A stretch of DNA of 36,488 nt from positions 1 to 36,488 of the forward strand of contig CAZIRV010000004.1 in NCBI GenBank assembly GCA_964541845.1, read 5' to 3'. The stretch's first letter is position 1, and each line of letters opens with the position of its first letter. The translations under genes and the position numbers were made by a program. This document shows, in pieces, positions 1 to 12,242 of the stretch. The notes beneath the pieces are model-generated. The model saw nothing but the letters and a program-made list of their open reading frames with translations. It did no database searches and was not told the DNA's origin. Source of the stretch: an uncultured Planctomycetales bacterium (GTDB lineage Bacteria; Omnitrophota; Gorgyraeia; Zapsychrales; Zapsychraceae).

Positions 1-55
1 AATCGTCGAGATAAGTAAAACTAATATCAGGAATTAATTAGTGGAATTGGTATTA
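1..55. mobile_element. MITE family A, end fragment truncated by the window edge
   Basis: Its reverse complement (TAATACCAATTCCACTAATTAATTCCTGATATTAGTTTTACTTATCTCGAC) nearly matches 6430-6572 and resembles the ends of 8771-8879 and 21348-21456. Confidence 0.75.
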
Positions 56-67
56 GGTGAAATATAA

Positions 68-112
68 GGAACCAAGTAAAAATAACTTCCCTTTTTATTT
101 TTATCTGGTTCC
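68..112. mobile_element. Mini MITE family B (45 bp) flanked by TAA/TAA
   Basis: Imperfect inverted repeat GGAACCAAGTAAAAATAA...TTATTTTTATCTGGTTCC, with TAA at 65-67 and 113-115. Ends resemble those of 6474-6562. It could also act as a terminator. Confidence 0.55.
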
Positions 113-115
113 TAA

Positions 116-146
116 GTAGGAGCGGTTTTTGCGCCTGCCCCCTTAC
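116..146. repeat. Degenerate GTAG-type REP palindrome
   Basis: GTAGGAGCGGTTTTTGCGCCTGCCCCCTTAC, similar to other GTAGGG...CCCTAC copies in the window. Confidence 0.5.
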
Positions 147-162
147 GAACTGCGGAGATTTT

Positions 163-582
163 ATGCGTAAACGAACTATTGCTCGGGAATGTGCTTTGAA
201 GATTTTATATCAGGCGGAAATGACCCGTCGGGATATTCATCTCGCTTCCCAGAATTTTTGGGATGATTCGAAATCTAAAGATCAGACAATAATTGATTTT
301 AGTGATAAGTTGACGCTGGGTATAGAGAAAAACTTAGAAGACATTGATAAACAAATTTCTCAATACGCGACTAATTGGCAGTTAAAACGTATGGCCGCCA
401 TTGACCGAAATGTTCTTCGCGTCGGGGTTTTTGAATTATTATATTCCCAAAAAATTCCCCCTAAAGTTGCCATTAATGAAGCGGTTGAATTGGCTAAAAA
501 ATATGGGGACATAGATTCCAGCAAATTTGTAAATGGTATTTTGGATAAAATTCATAAAACTGAGAATACTCCGCCTTCATGA
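163..582 (+). CDS. nusB: Transcription antitermination factor NusB
   Basis: N-terminal [29 protein letters not shown] and [12 protein letters not shown]...FVNGILD motifs. Confidence 0.96.
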   Translation: MRKRTIARECALKILYQAEMTRRDIHLASQNFWDDSKSKDQTIIDFSDKLTLGIEKNLEDIDKQISQYATNWQLKRMAAIDRNVLRVGVFELLYSQKIPPKVAINEAVELAKKYGDIDSSKFVNGILDKIHKTENTPPS

Positions 583-1457
583 AGAAGTTTGCAGATCTCC
601 ATATTCATACACGCTATTCTGATAGCACCTCTTCTCCGGAAGAAGTTGTTGAACAGGCCTATCAGCAAGGTCTTCATTGTATTGCTATTACCGATCACGA
701 TACGGTTGATGGCATTCGGCCAGCTATAGAATCAGCAAAAAAATATGATATTGAAGTGATTCCAGCCATTGAATTGTCCTCTGAATTGCAGGGGAAAGAT
801 ATTCATATTTTAGGTTATTTTTTTGATTATAAAAATCAGAATTTTGTGGAAAGACTGGGTTATATGCAGAACTCTCGTATGGAACGGATGGAGGAGATGA
901 TTTTGAAATTAAAGAATTTGGGAATTGATGATATTGCACTTGAGGAAGTGTGTGCCCTGGCTGAATCTAAGTCTGTTGGCCGGCCGCATTTAGCGACAAT
1001 AATGAAGGAAAAAGGATGGGTAAAAGATTTTAAAGAGGCGTTTGATAAATATTTAGCGGATGACGCGCCGGCGTATGTTCCTAAATTTAAACAGACACCG
1101 GAGGAAGCCATTCAGTTTATTCATGAAGCCGGTGGGGTGGCGGTGTTGGCGCACCCGATGTTGACTAATGTTGATCAATTGATTGCAGGGTTTGTTCGGG
1201 TGGGACTGGATGGACTGGAGGTTTATTGTCATTGTGTTTCAAACATGACTATTAGTTTTTATGAAGGGTTGGCAAAGAAATATAATTTGTTGGTGACGGG
1301 AGGTTCTGACGCGCACGGGAACGTAAAGAAACATACTTACGTCGGTAAGGTAAAAATTCCTTATAATATTGTGGAGAAGCTCAAAGAAAAGGTTGTATTC
1401 CGTGCGAACCTTAGGGACTTGAAAAAGGAGAAAGGTAATGTTTACGGGGATTATTGA
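579..1457 (+). CDS. PHP-domain metal-dependent phosphoesterase (YciV/TrpH-like)
   Basis: DLHIHT, AITDHD, GRPH, LAHP and GGSDAHG metal-binding motifs. Confidence 0.9.
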   Translation: MKKFADLHIHTRYSDSTSSPEEVVEQAYQQGLHCIAITDHDTVDGIRPAIESAKKYDIEVIPAIELSSELQGKDIHILGYFFDYKNQNFVERLGYMQNSRMERMEEMILKLKNLGIDDIALEEVCALAESKSVGRPHLATIMKEKGWVKDFKEAFDKYLADDAPAYVPKFKQTPEEAIQFIHEAGGVAVLAHPMLTNVDQLIAGFVRVGLDGLEVYCHCVSNMTISFYEGLAKKYNLLVTGGSDAHGNVKKHTYVGKVKIPYNIVEKLKEKVVFRANLRDLKKEKGNVYGDY

Positions 1458-2031
1458 AGAAATGGGAATAGTGGCAGGGCTTACAGATAAAAAAAATTTA
1501 TCTGTAATTAAAGTGAAGGCTAAAAATGTTTTAAAAGGAATTAAGAAGGGAGATAGCGTTGCCGTTAATGGGGTGTGTTTAACGGTTACAGCGGTTCAAA
1601 AAGGAATTTTGTATTTTGATGTGATGAAAGAAAGCCTTAGGTGTACAACCTTGGGGGGGTTGAAGGTTAAAGATAAAGTAAATCTTGAGAGGGCTTTAAA
1701 GGCAAATGGGCGTATGGACGGACATTTTGTGACGGGACATGTGGACGATGTGGTGGTTTTGAAGAAAATTATTGAGGGAGAAAATTATACGGAATTTCGG
1801 ATGGGGTTGAAAAAAGGATTAGCCCAATATCTTGTGCCGAAAGGGTCTGTATGCTTAGATGGAATTAGTTTGACGGTTGGGGAAATAAAAAAGAGTTATT
1901 TTTCAATTTATCTTATTCCATTTACGAAACAGGTTACAACATTTGGAAGTAAGAAGGTTGGGTCAGGAATTAATATTGAAACAGATATTTTAGCTAAGTA
2001 TATTATAAATGGGAGGGGTTATGGAACTTGA
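1438..2031 (+). CDS. ribE: Riboflavin synthase alpha chain (RibE; RibC in E. coli naming)
   Basis: MFTGIIEE N-terminus, GDSVAVNGVCLTV, VNLERAL and GHFVTGHVD. Confidence 0.96.
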   Translation: MFTGIIEEMGIVAGLTDKKNLSVIKVKAKNVLKGIKKGDSVAVNGVCLTVTAVQKGILYFDVMKESLRCTTLGGLKVKDKVNLERALKANGRMDGHFVTGHVDDVVVLKKIIEGENYTEFRMGLKKGLAQYLVPKGSVCLDGISLTVGEIKKSYFSIYLIPFTKQVTTFGSKKVGSGINIETDILAKYIINGRGYGT

Positions 2032-2464
2032 TACCCAGGAGATTTGTAAAATTATTCCACATAGATTTCCATTTTTGTTGATTGACCGTGTGGTGGATTT
2101 AGAGCCAAATGAAAAATTGGTAGCGATAAAAAATGTCTCTATTAATGAACAGTTTTTTGCCGGGCATTTCCCGGAAGAAAAGGTTATGCCGGGGGTTCTT
2201 ATTGTTGAAGCAATGGCACAGGCAGGATGTATTTATTACTATTACAGTAAAAATCTGCAAGGAAAAGATTTGATTTATTATTTGGCTAAAATATCGGCAA
2301 AATTCATCGCGTCGGTGGTCCCGGGAGATCAGTTAAGAATTGAGGTTTCAACGGTGAGACTCATGAAGGCGGTTGGATTTTTGAAGGCGGTTGCTTTTGT
2401 AAAGAATAAGAAAGTGGCCGAGGCTGATCTTGGATTTAGTGTGAAAGAAGTTTTAAAAAATTAA
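2021..2464 (+). CDS. fabZ: 3-hydroxyacyl-ACP dehydratase FabZ
   Basis: [12 protein letters not shown] and FFAGHFP...[12 protein letters not shown]. Start moved to ATG 2021, which follows the GGAGGGG RBS. Confidence 0.93.
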   Translation: MELDTQEICKIIPHRFPFLLIDRVVDLEPNEKLVAIKNVSINEQFFAGHFPEEKVMPGVLIVEAMAQAGCIYYYYSKNLQGKDLIYYLAKISAKFIASVVPGDQLRIEVSTVRLMKAVGFLKAVAFVKNKKVAEADLGFSVKEVLKN

Positions 2465-2465
2465 T

Positions 2466-2542
2466 CGGGGCGTAGCGCAGCTGGCTAGCGTGCAACGTTC
2501 GGGACGTTGAGGTCGACGGTTCAAATCCGTCCGCCCCGACCA
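2466..2542 (+). tRNA. tRNA-Pro(CGG)
   Basis: Acceptor stem CGGGGCG/CGCCCCG, anticodon arm CAACG-TTCGGGA-CGTTG, T-loop GGTTCAAATCC and an encoded CCA. Length 77 nt. Confidence 0.96.
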
Positions 2543-2601
2543 TTCTGCTCTACGAGGTCAAACATCAAGAATATTTTACGAATAGAGTATGAGCATCAAT
2601 T

Positions 2602-2868
2602 ATGCGTGCCTATATTTTGTATTCAGGAAGAGTTCAGGGGGTTGGTTTTCGATATACTTTTCAGCGTCATGCCTTAGCGTCAGGTTTAACCGGATGGGTT
2701 AAAAATTTGCCGGATGGATGCGTAGAGGTTATTGTTGAGGGTTCGAAAGAAAAAATAGAAGAACTTTGTCATAATATCGAAGAGCGGTTTTCAGGGTATA
2801 TACAGGATAAAAAAATAGATTTTAATGAAGTAGAGGAAAACTTTGACGATTTTATGATTGTTTCTTAG
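2602..2868 (+). CDS. acyP: Acylphosphatase
   Basis: SGRVQGVGFR and GWVKNLPDGCVE motifs. Confidence 0.94.
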   Translation: MRAYILYSGRVQGVGFRYTFQRHALASGLTGWVKNLPDGCVEVIVEGSKEKIEELCHNIEERFSGYIQDKKIDFNEVEENFDDFMIVS

Positions 2869-2888
2869 CACTAAGTATAAAATAATTC

Positions 2889-3172
2889 GTAACCGTTCAG
2901 GGCATGTATCCCTTTTAGGTATAAATTTTTTGTATATAGTGTCCCCTGAAAAATTGCTTTTAGAACGGCTTCATGGCTTATCAGTTTCAGGGCAAAGACG
3001 CTTTAAACATCCACTGTCTGACGAGCGAAGTGAGGAGTTTGGATGTTGAGTCTTTTCACTGAAACGGATGCTTATGCCATGTTGAAGTGGCAAAAGCAAT
3101 TTTTCAGGGGACACTATATAACCATTATGTTTAAATTTATGCCCGAAAGGGATACATGCCCTGAACGGTTAC
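2889..3172. mobile_element. MITE family C (GTAACCGTTCA termini) carrying a nested family D element
   Basis: Long terminal inverted repeats GTAACCGTTCAGGGCATGTATCCCTTT...AAAGGGATACATGCCCTGAACGGTTAC. A sister copy lies at 19800-20023. Confidence 0.85.
2937..3116. mobile_element. MITE family D (TAGTG termini, 180 bp), TATA-flanked
   Basis: Perfect TIRs TAGTGTCCCCTGAAAAATTGCTTTT/AAAAGCAATTTTTCAGGGGACACTA, with TATA at 2933-2936 and 3117-3120. The interior is also an imperfect palindrome. Confidence 0.85.
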
Positions 3173-3185
3173 AATATTCTTTGTT

Positions 3186-6429
<3,244 letters not shown>

Positions 6430-6458
<29 letters not shown>

Positions 6459-6572
6459 TATTAGTTTTACTTAGGATCGGCTCAAAAATAACCTCGACAA
6501 CTATATGTCTCAACCCGACAACACTTATGTCATGATTGTCGAGGTTATTTTTGAACGATTCCTTATCTCAAC
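6430..6572. mobile_element. MITE family A fragment interrupted by a family B insertion
   Basis: 6430-6473 plus 6566-6572 correspond to the reverse complement of about 4-55. Confidence 0.75.
6474..6562. mobile_element. MITE family B (89 bp) with TTA target duplication
   Basis: TIRs GGATCGGCTCAAAAATAACCTCGACAA/TTGTCGAGGTTATTTTTGAACGATTCC, with TTA at 6471-6473 and 6563-6565. The empty site is visible in the 1-55 copy. Confidence 0.85.
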
Positions 6573-6592
6573 TGTTTTTTAATAAATAGAAT

Positions 6593-7480
6593 ATGACTGA
6601 TTATATTGATGAGTTTATTAATTATTTAGCTGTGGAGCGGCGATTGGCTGATAATACGTTGTTGGCTTACCGGGGAGATTTAACAAAATATTTATGCTAT
6701 TTAGAACAAAAAGAAGTTCAGGCGATTAAGTCTATTGGGCGAAAGCATATTACGGATTTCATGTATGATCAAAAACAGCAAGAGCTATCCGTACCGTCAA
6801 TTTGTCGGGAATTGGCTGCTATCAAAATGTTCCATCGTTTTCTTGTTGTTGAACGGATTACGCGAGAAGACCCGACTCATTTGGTCGAAACGCCTAAAAT
6901 ATGGAAAAAAATACCGGACGTCCTGACATGTAAGGAAGTGGATGCCCTGATCGAAGTGTCCAAAGGGAGAAAGCCTAAAGCGATTCGTGACCACGCGATA
7001 CTGGAATTGTTATATGCCAGCGGAATGCGTGTTTCCGAGTTGATTAATTTAAATTTGGATAGCGTTAATCTGAATATTGGCTATGTTCGTTGTTTGGGAA
7101 AAGGGCGCAAGGAAAGAATTGTTCCTATTGGCAAGAAGGCGAGAGATACGGTTAAAAAATATTGTGCAGGGACAAGAAAAAAAATCCTTAAAGGAGAGGT
7201 TCATTCCGTATTATTTCTAAATCGATTTGGAAAAAAAATGAGTCGGCAAGCCATATGGAAATTGATCAAGCAATACGCGTTAAAATCAGGAATTACAAAG
7301 GAAGTAAAACCGCATACGTTACGGCATTCCTTTGCGACACATCTTTTAGAACATGGGGCTGATTTACGTTCTGTGCAAGAAATGTTGGGGCATGCAGATA
7401 TTGCCACGACGCAGATTTATACTCATGTGGACAAAGAGCGATTACGTTGTGTACACAAACAGTTTCATCCAAGGGGTTAA
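6593..7480 (+). CDS. xerD: Site-specific tyrosine recombinase XerD
   Basis: N-terminal SAM-like domain (NTLLAYRGDL), LYASGMRVSEL, GKGRKERIVP, PHTLRHSFATHLL, VQEMLGH, TTQIYTHV and C-terminal HPRG. Confidence 0.9.
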   Translation: MTDYIDEFINYLAVERRLADNTLLAYRGDLTKYLCYLEQKEVQAIKSIGRKHITDFMYDQKQQELSVPSICRELAAIKMFHRFLVVERITREDPTHLVETPKIWKKIPDVLTCKEVDALIEVSKGRKPKAIRDHAILELLYASGMRVSELINLNLDSVNLNIGYVRCLGKGRKERIVPIGKKARDTVKKYCAGTRKKILKGEVHSVLFLNRFGKKMSRQAIWKLIKQYALKSGITKEVKPHTLRHSFATHLLEHGADLRSVQEMLGHADIATTQIYTHVDKERLRCVHKQFHPRG

Positions 7481-7519
7481 CTTGATCTTAGATAGAAATT
7501 CACCTAACAATGTTTAGTA

Positions 7520-8767
7520 ATGAAAAATTGTTTATTAAATTACGATAAGAAAGCTTTAAAAATTATCCAAAAAATTGGGAGGGAAGCAGATAAGAAGGGT
7601 TTGTCGGCTTATGTTGTTGGCGGTGTTGTCCGGGATATTTTGCTCAAGCGTAAAAATTTTGACATTGATATTGTTGTCGAAGGAGATGCTATTGTCTTTG
7701 CGAGAGGATTAGAGAAAGAATTTGGTGTAGAATTTGTATTCTATAAGAAATTTGGAACAGCTACGGCTGTGTTCCCTGGAAATTTTTATATTGATCTGGT
7801 TTCTGCCAGAAAAGAATCCTATCCCTTCCCGGGAGCGTTGCCGACGGTGCGGCGGGGGCCGCTTAAAGCTGATTTGTTCCGTCGGGATTTTACTATTAAT
7901 GCCATGGCGGTATCTATTAATTATGAGGATTATGGAACCCTGGTAGATGAGTGGGGAGGGTTTGAAGATTTAAAGGCTCAGAAAGTTCGTATTCTTCATG
8001 ACAAAAGTTTTATTGATGATCCAACACGTATATTGAGAGCCGTGCGTTTTGAACAGAGGTTTGATTTTAAGATAGAACGGCACACTCTGTGTTTATTGAA
8101 AAATGCCGTTAAGAATAACTATCTTTCCAGAGTCAAGTCTCCTCGTTATTTTGAAGAATTTAAAAAAATATTATGTGAGGATAATCCGGTTAAAGGATTA
8201 AGGCGTTTAAAAAAAATAGGAACAGGCTGTTTCTGGTTGAGCCCTGATCAAAAAAGTAGCCTGGCCCCATTTTTTGCTGTTTATAATAGTATTGATTTTA
8301 TTAAAAAAAATACGCCCTCTGTCTGGTTGATTTATTTTATGGCTTTGATGTCAAAAGCCTCTTTTGCTGACCAGCAAAAAATTTCGGAGAAATTTCAGTT
8401 TAAAAAAGATGAAAAAGCAAGTATGCTACAAAGCAGTAATGTGGAAGGGATTCTTAAGGCCCTTTCCGTAAAAAGATTATCAGCAAGTGAAGTGTACAGG
8501 ATTTTAAAGTTTTTAAGAGCAGAGGTGGTTTTATATTTGAGGGTTCAGACGAAAAAGAAAATTGTTTGCCAACGAATTGATCAGTTTTGGAATCAGGACA
8601 GGAATATTGAGTTAAGAATAACAGGTGAAGATTTAAAGCAAATGGGCATCTGTTCGGGAAAGAAATTGGGGGAAATTTTAGAAAAAATTCTTTATCAAAA
8701 AATAGATAAAGGACTGCAAACCAAAAAAGAAGAACTAAAATTTATCGCCGCTCAGGGTATAAGTTAA
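7520..8767 (+). CDS. Class II tRNA nucleotidyltransferase / poly(A) polymerase family protein
   Basis: VGGVVRD, DIDIV, RRDFTINAMA and DDPTRILRAVRF. CCA-adding versus A-adding specificity cannot be determined by eye. Confidence 0.88.
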   Translation: MKNCLLNYDKKALKIIQKIGREADKKGLSAYVVGGVVRDILLKRKNFDIDIVVEGDAIVFARGLEKEFGVEFVFYKKFGTATAVFPGNFYIDLVSARKESYPFPGALPTVRRGPLKADLFRRDFTINAMAVSINYEDYGTLVDEWGGFEDLKAQKVRILHDKSFIDDPTRILRAVRFEQRFDFKIERHTLCLLKNAVKNNYLSRVKSPRYFEEFKKILCEDNPVKGLRRLKKIGTGCFWLSPDQKSSLAPFFAVYNSIDFIKKNTPSVWLIYFMALMSKASFADQQKISEKFQFKKDEKASMLQSSNVEGILKALSVKRLSASEVYRILKFLRAEVVLYLRVQTKKKIVCQRIDQFWNQDRNIELRITGEDLKQMGICSGKKLGEILEKILYQKIDKGLQTKKEELKFIAAQGIS

Positions 8768-8770
8768 TTA

Positions 8771-8879
8771 TAATATCAATTCCATTAAATAATGACCAAA
8801 ATTCATTTTGCTTGTCTCGACGCTTCAACGAGACACAGCAATTTTAAAATAGAGCAATTATTTAATGGATTTGGTATTA
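8771..8879. mobile_element. MITE family A, full length (109 bp)
   Basis: TIRs TAATATCAATTCCATTAAATAAT/ATTATTTAATGGATTTGGTATTA. The reverse complement aligns end to end with 21348-21456. Confidence 0.85.
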
Positions 8880-8904
8880 TAGGAGCAGGTTCAAAACCTG
8901 TCCG
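8880..8904. repeat. GTAG-type REP palindrome
   Basis: TAGGAGCAGGTTCAAAACCTGTCCG, matching the copies at 18645 and 21277. Confidence 0.7.
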
Positions 8905-8921
8905 AATAAGGATGTAAAAAT

Positions 8922-9275
8922 ATGGACCGGATGGATCGAATTAATCAGCAGTTAAAAGAAGAAATTTCAAAAATTATTTTCAGAGATTTAAGTGACCCTA
9001 GATTTGAAATGGTTACCATTATAGCCGTTAAAACAAGTCGGGACATTCGCAATGCCCGCGTTTATTTTAGTGTTTTAGGTTCTGCCTCTCAGGTAGAAAA
9101 TGTTCATCAAGGCCTTCGAAACGCTTCCGGAATGATTCGACGTCTTATAGGGCAGCGTGTGAAATTACGGAATACTCCGGAAATTATTTTTTTTTATGAC
9201 GACTCAATAGAGTCTTCAGTGCGTATGGAAGAAACATTAAAGGAGATTCAGCAAGAAAATGAAGAAAGTCATTGA
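8922..9275 (+). CDS. rbfA: Ribosome-binding factor A
   Basis: LSDPR, SRDIRNARVY and LRNTPEIIFFYDDS motifs, in context with truB. Confidence 0.94.
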   Translation: MDRMDRINQQLKEEISKIIFRDLSDPRFEMVTIIAVKTSRDIRNARVYFSVLGSASQVENVHQGLRNASGMIRRLIGQRVKLRNTPEIIFFYDDSIESSVRMEETLKEIQQENEESH

Positions 9276-10212
9276 GACAATTAAAAAAAATAATAAATTT
9301 TTTATTAGTACGCATATAAATCCTGATCCGGACGCATTGTGTTCAGAATTAGCCATGGCTGGATATTTGCGGAGCATGGGAAAGAAAGTTGTGATTATTA
9401 ATGAAGAGGATGTTTTGGATCGATTCCATTTTTTTCCGGGAATTAAACAGGTTAAAGGGCTTAGGGGGAAAAAACGCATCCAGTATGACGTTGCTGTTGT
9501 CGTGGACTGTGGAGATTTAAGTCGCATTGGCCGGGTCAAAAGGCTTCTTCACCCCGGTAAACCTTTAATAAATATTGATCATCATATCACCAATGATTTC
9601 TTTGGAACGCTAAACCTTGTTCTTCCAAAATTTTCTTCGGCGTGTGAAGTATTGCATGGATTGTTTGTTAAGGATAAAGTAACTTTAACAAAGGACATGG
9701 CTTTTTGTTTATATACGGGAATTATGACAGATACAGGCTCTTTTCGTTATTCCAACACGTCTTCTCATACGCATCAAATTGTTGGAGAATTGAGAAAATT
9801 TGAATTTTCCGCGGTCTCGATTTATAAACAGATTTATGAAACCATTTCTCTTAATGATTCAAAAAAATTCACGAAAGTTTTGAGTCGTTTTGATACTTTA
9901 TGTGATGGAAAGATTATTTGTATGGAACTTAGTAAAAAAGTAATAGGCAGATTTTCTGAAGCCTTTGATTTGCGAGATGCCTTATTTCGGTTTTTACGTT
10001 CCATCGATGGCGTTGAAGTTGTGGTTATTTGTACAGAATTTAAATTTAATAAAACACGCGTAAATTTAAGATCTTCGGGGCGTGTTAATGTCGCGAAATT
10101 AGCCCATCATTTTAACGGAGGAGGACATCACGATGCCAGTGGATGTCAAATTGAAGGAAATAGGACTCAGGCGCGCGTTAAGATATTAAAAGAGATAAAA
10201 AAGGTTTTGTAA
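9259..10212 (+). CDS. nrnA: DHH/DHHA1 oligoribonuclease/pAp phosphatase NrnA
   Basis: THINPDPDA, IDHH, GIMTDTGSF and GGGHHDASG, located between rbfA and truB. Confidence 0.88.
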   Translation: MKKVIETIKKNNKFFISTHINPDPDALCSELAMAGYLRSMGKKVVIINEEDVLDRFHFFPGIKQVKGLRGKKRIQYDVAVVVDCGDLSRIGRVKRLLHPGKPLINIDHHITNDFFGTLNLVLPKFSSACEVLHGLFVKDKVTLTKDMAFCLYTGIMTDTGSFRYSNTSSHTHQIVGELRKFEFSAVSIYKQIYETISLNDSKKFTKVLSRFDTLCDGKIICMELSKKVIGRFSEAFDLRDALFRFLRSIDGVEVVVICTEFKFNKTRVNLRSSGRVNVAKLAHHFNGGGHHDASGCQIEGNRTQARVKILKEIKKVL

Positions 10213-10235
10213 TTGTAAACAGTCCGTAGGCATGC

Positions 10236-10340
10236 TGTTATCCTGAACGCAACTCGTCATTCTGGACGTAGTGAAGTCTGCCTGTCGGAGGATCGTATAA
10301 AAAATTTTTCGTCGACACAGATATGTCTCTTCAGAATGAT
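10236..10340. repeat. Degenerate GTCATTCTG...CAGAATGA palindromic element
   Basis: TCATTCTG (10257-10264) and CAGAATGA (10332-10339) are inverted ends, preceded by a related half copy (GTTATCCTGAACG). Confidence 0.45.
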
Positions 10341-10351
10341 TATTTTTTTTT

Positions 10352-10385
10352 GTAACCGTTCACGGCATATCCCGTGAACGCTTAC
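10352..10385. mobile_element. Minimal family C element (34 bp, ends only)
   Basis: GTAACCGTTCACGGCATATCCCGTGAACGCTTAC, with the same termini as the copies at 2889 and 19800. Confidence 0.7.
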
Positions 10386-10405
10386 CTTTTTACAAGAGAA
10401 TTGTT

Positions 10406-11074
10406 ATGTCTTTAAATGGAATTTTGATTGTTAATAAACCCTCTGGAATGACATCGCATGATGTGGTTGACCAAGTTAGAAAGAAGTTTCATATGAGGCG
10501 TGTCGGACATGCAGGGACATTGGACCCATTAGCCACAGGAGTTTTGGTTATTCTTGTCGGAAAGTCCACAAAGCTGTTTGGTAAGTTTGTAGGGTTTGAT
10601 AAGGTTTATCAATCAACATTTATTCTTGGGACAACAACAGATTCCGCGGATACTCAGGGGAAAATTCTTGAGCAGTTGCCTTACGAATCTATTACGCGAG
10701 AGCAGGTTGAGAAAATTTTTACACAATTTGTCGGAAAAGTTGAACAAATTCCTCCAATGGTTTCAGCAATAAAGCATAAAGGGAAAAAACTTTATGAACT
10801 GGCGCGTAAAGGAATTCGAGTGGAGCGTCAGCCACGGAGTATTCGGATTGACCGTTTGGAGTTGCTAAAATTTAGGGCCCCGGATGTGGAATTTTATTTA
10901 GAGTGTTCTAAAGGAACGTATGTCCGTCAATTAGCGGATGATATTGGGAAAGTATTAGGGTGTGGTGCTTGTATTTCACAGATTGAACGAATCAAAGTCG
11001 GACCATTTTGCTTAGAGGATGCCAGCACTATCGAGGAATGTAATGAAACTCATTTACGGGATTGGCAAGGTTAA
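10406..11074 (+). CDS. truB: tRNA pseudouridine(55) synthase TruB (no C-terminal PUA domain)
   Basis: GHAGTLDPLATGVL, QIPPMVSAIK and CSKGTYVR motifs. Confidence 0.96.
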   Translation: MSLNGILIVNKPSGMTSHDVVDQVRKKFHMRRVGHAGTLDPLATGVLVILVGKSTKLFGKFVGFDKVYQSTFILGTTTDSADTQGKILEQLPYESITREQVEKIFTQFVGKVEQIPPMVSAIKHKGKKLYELARKGIRVERQPRSIRIDRLELLKFRAPDVEFYLECSKGTYVRQLADDIGKVLGCGACISQIERIKVGPFCLEDASTIEECNETHLRDWQG

Positions 11075-12041
11075 GAAAAATTTTAAGAATGCTGTATTAA
11101 CGATCGGTGTTTTTGATGGGGTGCATCGTGGGCATCAGGCATTAATTAAAAAGGCTGTTGAAAAGGCCAGGGAGATTAATGCTCAAGCGGTTGTTATGAC
11201 TTTTGACCCACACCCTGTTCATATTTTACGCCCGGAGACGGAAAAACCTCTCATTTCTTCATTGAGTTATCGTCTACGATTAATTGAAAAATTAGGGGCT
11301 GTTGTGTGTATTGTTGTTCATTTTACAAAGAGATTTTCTCAGCTATCCCCACAAAAATTTATTAAACGTTATCTTGTTGATAAAATTCAACTTAAGGAGA
11401 TTTTTGTCGGCGATGATTTTCGTTTTGGACAGAATCGAAGTGGCACGTTGGAGTACTTTCAAGAGGCTGGGACTAAGTATGGATTCGTTATTAACGCGTT
11501 GCATCCTGTTGGAGTAACCGGATCTTGTCAAAAAAAAATAGGGAGTACATTGATTCGCCAATTGATTTTTGAGGGGAAGCTGTCACAAGCCAAAAAATTT
11601 TTAGGTCGAAATGTGGCTGTTATGGGAAAAGTGGTGAAGGGGGATGGGCGGGGAAAAATATTAGGATTTCCAACAGCGAATATATACCCTCAGCAAGAAA
11701 TCACCCCTCCGATAGGTGTTTACGCGGCGTATGTTACAATTATAGGTAAGAGTGGTGAGCATTCATGGACCCGAATTGAAACAAAAGGCATTAATTCGGG
11801 GTCAGGTGAGGGTTCATTTTTTGCTATGGTAAATATTGGGCGCCGACCGTCGTTTAAGAAATTAAACAAAAGTATTAATATTGAGGCCCATATTTTTAAT
11901 TTCGATAAAGATATTTATGGAAAAGAAATTATTGTAGAATTTGTTAAAAAAATTAGAAATGAAAAAAATTTTATTTCACAAGAAAAATTGATTAATCAGC
12001 TTAGAAAAGACAAAATATCTGTTCTGCACCATTTAAAATGA
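11043..12041 (+). CDS. ribF: Bifunctional riboflavin kinase/FAD synthetase
   Basis: GVFDGVHRGH, GDDFRFG, GFPTAN and IEAHIF motifs. Start moved to ATG 11043. Contains a palindromic insertion. Confidence 0.96.
   Translation: MKLIYGIGKVKKNFKNAVLTIGVFDGVHRGHQALIKKAVEKAREINAQAVVMTFDPHPVHILRPETEKPLISSLSYRLRLIEKLGAVVCIVVHFTKRFSQLSPQKFIKRYLVDKIQLKEIFVGDDFRFGQNRSGTLEYFQEAGTKYGFVINALHPVGVTGSCQKKIGSTLIRQLIFEGKLSQAKKFLGRNVAVMGKVVKGDGRGKILGFPTANIYPQQEITPPIGVYAAYVTIIGKSGEHSWTRIETKGINSGSGEGSFFAMVNIGRRPSFKKLNKSINIEAHIFNFDKDIYGKEIIVEFVKKIRNEKNFISQEKLINQLRKDKISVLHHLK
11756..11816. repeat. In-frame imperfect palindrome within ribF
   Basis: TGAGCATTCATGGACCCGAATT...AATTCGGGGTCAGGTGAGGGTTCA, coinciding with extra residues between GVYA and NIGRRP. 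Confidence 0.65.
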
Positions 12042-12165
12042 TGTAAGCTTGTTCCCTTCCACGTGTTTCTGTCTAAAGGCAGCGTTATTCAAATTTCACC
12101 CGGTATAATTCATATAACTTGTTTAATATCAACTAGATAGACAAAAATAAAAATAAAATAAGATA

Positions 12166-12194
12166 TTGACAATCCCTAATTGTGTCCGTATACT
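12166..12194 (+). promoter_or_regulatory. Sigma70-type promoter of the dcw cluster
   Basis: TTGACA (12166-12171), a 17-bp spacer and TATACT (12189-12194). Confidence 0.8.
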
Positions 12195-12203
12195 AGAAAT
12201 ATG

Positions 12204-12228
12204 GTGGAATAAAGTGGAATGAAGTGGT
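12204..12228 (+). promoter_or_regulatory. MraZ-binding direct repeats
   Basis: GTGG at 12204, 12214 and 12224 (10-bp period) directly upstream of mraZ, matching the known MraZ operator architecture. Confidence 0.85.
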
Positions 12229-12242
12229 TTACGGGGGGGTGA

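Noticed and set aside
1380-1440. FMN riboswitch before the riboflavin synthase gene
   Set aside because: The gene overlaps the upstream PHP ORF, so there is no leader, and no RFN consensus was seen.
2466-2542. tRNA-Pro as an integration site
   Set aside because: No duplicate of its 3' end was noticed in the window, and the downstream genes are housekeeping.
3019-3066. CTGACGAG...GAAAC as a hammerhead ribozyme core
   Set aside because: I could not build stem II or the flanking stems. The sequence is explained as the loop and arm of the family D palindrome. An Infernal search would settle it.
6593-7480. Tyrosine recombinase as a prophage or island integrase
   Set aside because: Length, motifs and the HPRG end fit housekeeping XerD. 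The flanks are core genes and no att repeats were seen.
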